Source: Escherichia coli
GTDB taxonomy: Bacteria; Pseudomonadota; Gammaproteobacteria; Enterobacterales; Enterobacteriaceae
Reading direction: 5' to 3' (one strand)
Length of the DNA stretch: 64,000 bases
Assembly: GCF_029227855.1 (NCBI RefSeq)
Contig: NZ_CP074358.1
Shown here piece by piece: positions 62,096 to 64,000 of the stretch; position 1 is the first letter of the stretch; each line of letters begins with the position of its first letter. The position numbers and the translations under genes are program-made. The notes beneath the pieces are model-generated. The model worked only from the letters and a program-made list of their open reading frames with translations, did not search any database and was not told the origin of the DNA.

Positions 62096-62378
62096 GCTGC
62101 CGGGCGGGGACGGAAGTCCCCGCTTTCCGGAAGTGTGAGGTATTTCAGGGGCAGACACCCTATATACCAGAAACAGCCGGTCCCGCCCGGGGCCGGCACC
62201 CTGGCTAAGGCATTTCCAGCTTTTCAGTCATTTCATTATCAAAATCACATTAAACGGTCGTAATCAGACATGATTTGTGCGCCAACACAGATCATCGTCA
62301 CAACTTTCAAGTCGCTGATTTCAAAAAACTGTAGTATTCTCTGCGAAACGATCCCTGTTTGAGAATTGAGGAGGCGAG

Positions 62379-62636
62379 ATGTCGCAGACAGAAAATGCAG
62401 TGACTTCCTCATCAGGCACCAAGCGTACATACCGGAAAGGTAACCCTGTTCCGGCCAGAGAGAGGCAAAGAGCTTCTCTGGCTCGCAGAAGCAACACTCA
62501 TAAGGCTTTTCATGCGGTTATTCAGGCCCGGTTAAAAGACAGGCTGAGTGAACTGGCGGATGAGGAAGGTATTACTCAGGCGCAGATGCTTGAAAAACTG
62601 ATTGAATCAGAGCTGAAACGCAGAGCGACTTCGTAA
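62379..62636 (+). CDS. repA2: RepA2/CopB copy-number repressor of IncFII replicons
   Basis: 85 aa, [11 protein letters not shown]... with GITQAQ helix; gaggagg RBS. Confidence 0.85.
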   Translation: MSQTENAVTSSSGTKRTYRKGNPVPARERQRASLARRSNTHKAFHAVIQARLKDRLSELADEEGITQAQMLEKLIESELKRRATS

Positions 62637-62714
62637 ATATTCACATTCTTGCTTATCTCAGGAGTGAGTGGTAGATTGCTGATCGTTTAAGGAATTTTGT
62701 GGCTGGCCACGCCG

Positions 62715-62810
62715 TAAGGTGGCAGGGAACTGGTTCTGATGTGGATTTACAGGAGCCAGAAAAGTGAAAACCCCGATAATCTTCTCTAACTTTGGCGAGT
62801 CCAGAAAGAT
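62715..62810 (-). ncRNA. copA: CopA-like antisense RNA (approximate), targeting the repA1 leader (CopT)
   Basis: Located between copB and tap; sense strand carries tttggcg loop motif as in CopT; coordinates inferred. Confidence 0.4.
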
Positions 62811-62869
62811 TACCGGGGCTAACAAGAAACTGCATAGAAGCTGTTGCTCTATGCGGGGAGTATAGTTAT

Positions 62870-62944
62870 ATGCCCGGAAAAGTTCAAGACTTCTTTCTGT
62901 GCTCACTCCTTCTGTGCAACATAAGTGCAGGATGGTGTGACTGA
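62870..62944 (+). CDS. tap: Tap/RepA6 leader peptide (24 aa) translationally coupled to repA1
   Basis: [24 protein letters not shown]; stop TGA overlaps repA1 GTG start. Confidence 0.75.
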   Translation: MPGKVQDFFLCSLLLCNISAGWCD

Positions 62945-63794
62945 TCTTCAACAAACGTATTACCGCCAGGTAAAGAACCCGAATCCGGTGTTTACACCCC
63001 GTGAAGGAGCAGGAACGCTGCCGTTCTGCGAAAAACTCATGGAAAAGGCGGTGGACTTCACCTCCCGTTTTGATTTCGCCATTCATGTGGCGCATGCCCG
63101 TTCGCGTGGTCTGCGTCGGCGCATGCCACCGGTACTGCGTCGCCGGGCCATTGATGCGCTGCTGCAGGGGCTGTGTTTTCACTATGACCCGCTGGCCAAC
63201 CGCGTCCAGTGCTCCATCACCACGCTGGCCATTGAGTGCGGACTGGCGACGGAGTCTGCTGCCGGAACACTTTCCATCACCCGTGCCACCCGTGCCCTGA
63301 CGTTCCTGTCAGAGCTGGGATTGATTACCTATCAGACGGAATATGACCCGCTTATTGGCTGCTATATTCCGACCGACATCACGTTCACACCGGCGCTGTT
63401 TGCCGCTCTCGATATCTCAGAAGAGGCGGTGGCTTCCGCACGCCGCAGCCGTGTGGAATGGGAAAACAGACAGCGCAAAAAGCAGGGGCTGGATACCCTA
63501 GGTATGGATGAACTGATTGCGAAAGCCTGGCGTTTTGTGCGTGAGCGTTTCCGCAGTTACCAGACAGAGCTTAAGTCCCGGGGAATAAAGCGTGCCCGTG
63601 CGCGTCGTGATGCGAACAGGGAACGCCAGGATATCGTCACCCTGGTGAAACGACAGCTGACACGTGAAATCTCGGAAGGACGCTTCACTGCCAATCGTGA
63701 GGCGGTAAAACGCGAAGTGGAGCGTCGTGTGAAGGAGCGCATGATTCTGTCACGTAACCGTAATTACAGCCGGCTGGCCACAGCCTCCCCCTGA
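62937..63794 (+). CDS. repA1: RepA1 replication initiator of IncFII (RepFIIA) replicon
   Basis: GTG start at 62937; [39 protein letters not shown]... matches recalled RepA1. Confidence 0.9.
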   Translation: MTDLQQTYYRQVKNPNPVFTPREGAGTLPFCEKLMEKAVDFTSRFDFAIHVAHARSRGLRRRMPPVLRRRAIDALLQGLCFHYDPLANRVQCSITTLAIECGLATESAAGTLSITRATRALTFLSELGLITYQTEYDPLIGCYIPTDITFTPALFAALDISEEAVASARRSRVEWENRQRKKQGLDTLGMDELIAKAWRFVRERFRSYQTELKSRGIKRARARRDANRERQDIVTLVKRQLTREISEGRFTANREAVKREVERRVKERMILSRNRNYSRLATASP

Positions 63795-63969
63795 ACCTGA
63801 CCTCCTCTGAATAATCCGGCCCGCGCCGGAGGCTTCCGCACGTCTGAAGCCCGATAGTGCACAAAAAAACAGCACCACATACAAAAAACAACCTCATCAT
63901 CCACCTTCAGGTGCATCCGGTTCCCCCTGTTTTTAATACAAAATACGCCTCAGCTATGGGGAATTTTGC

Positions 63970-63978
63970 TTATCCACA
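63970..63978 (+). promoter_or_regulatory. DnaA box TTATCCACA at the start of the vegetative origin downstream of repA1
   Basis: Exact consensus DnaA box about 175 bp after the repA1 stop; origin continues beyond window. Confidence 0.6.
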
Positions 63979-64000
63979 TTTAACTGCAAGGGACTTCCCC

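Overview
This window reads as a contiguous slice of an F-like (IncFII/RepFIIA-type) conjugative plasmid from Enterobacteriaceae. All calls come from reading the sequence and the ORF track; no database search was run, so family names rest on recognised motifs and recalled homology. Left to right: a KAP-family P-loop NTPase operon that I read as pifC-pifA (phage T7 exclusion), an IS3 copy (4743-6000) that truncates a small membrane-protein module, a resD-like tyrosine recombinase, a divergent double partition locus (small ParA/ParG-like leftward, ParM/ParR rightward, iterons between), and impCAB (error-prone polymerase) with a LexA box. Then comes a ~16 kb leading region (12.0-28.5 kb) whose genes all lie on the + strand: two orphan DNA methyltransferase-like genes, klcA/ardB, two DUF1380-like paralogs, ssb, a ParB-like nuclease-domain gene, psiB, psiA, hok/mok and several unknowns. 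This region is punctuated by three paralogous GC-rich structured non-coding repeats (Frpo/ssi-like), each directly upstream of a gene block. oriT (28.5-28.9 kb) is followed by a complete F-type transfer operon traM-traJ-traY-traA...traD-traI (28.9-59.0 kb), a traX with an in-frame TGA, an intact finO, an srnB (hok-family) locus, and the start of the replicon (copB/repA2, CopA, tap, repA1, first DnaA box). No rRNA, tRNA or CRISPR array was seen. The best candidate for something undescribed is the set of uncharacterised, tightly coupled + strand ORFs in the leading region under the Frpo-like elements, placed exactly where early-expressed anti-defence and anti-SOS functions cluster. Most of the rest is recognisable F-plasmid biology.
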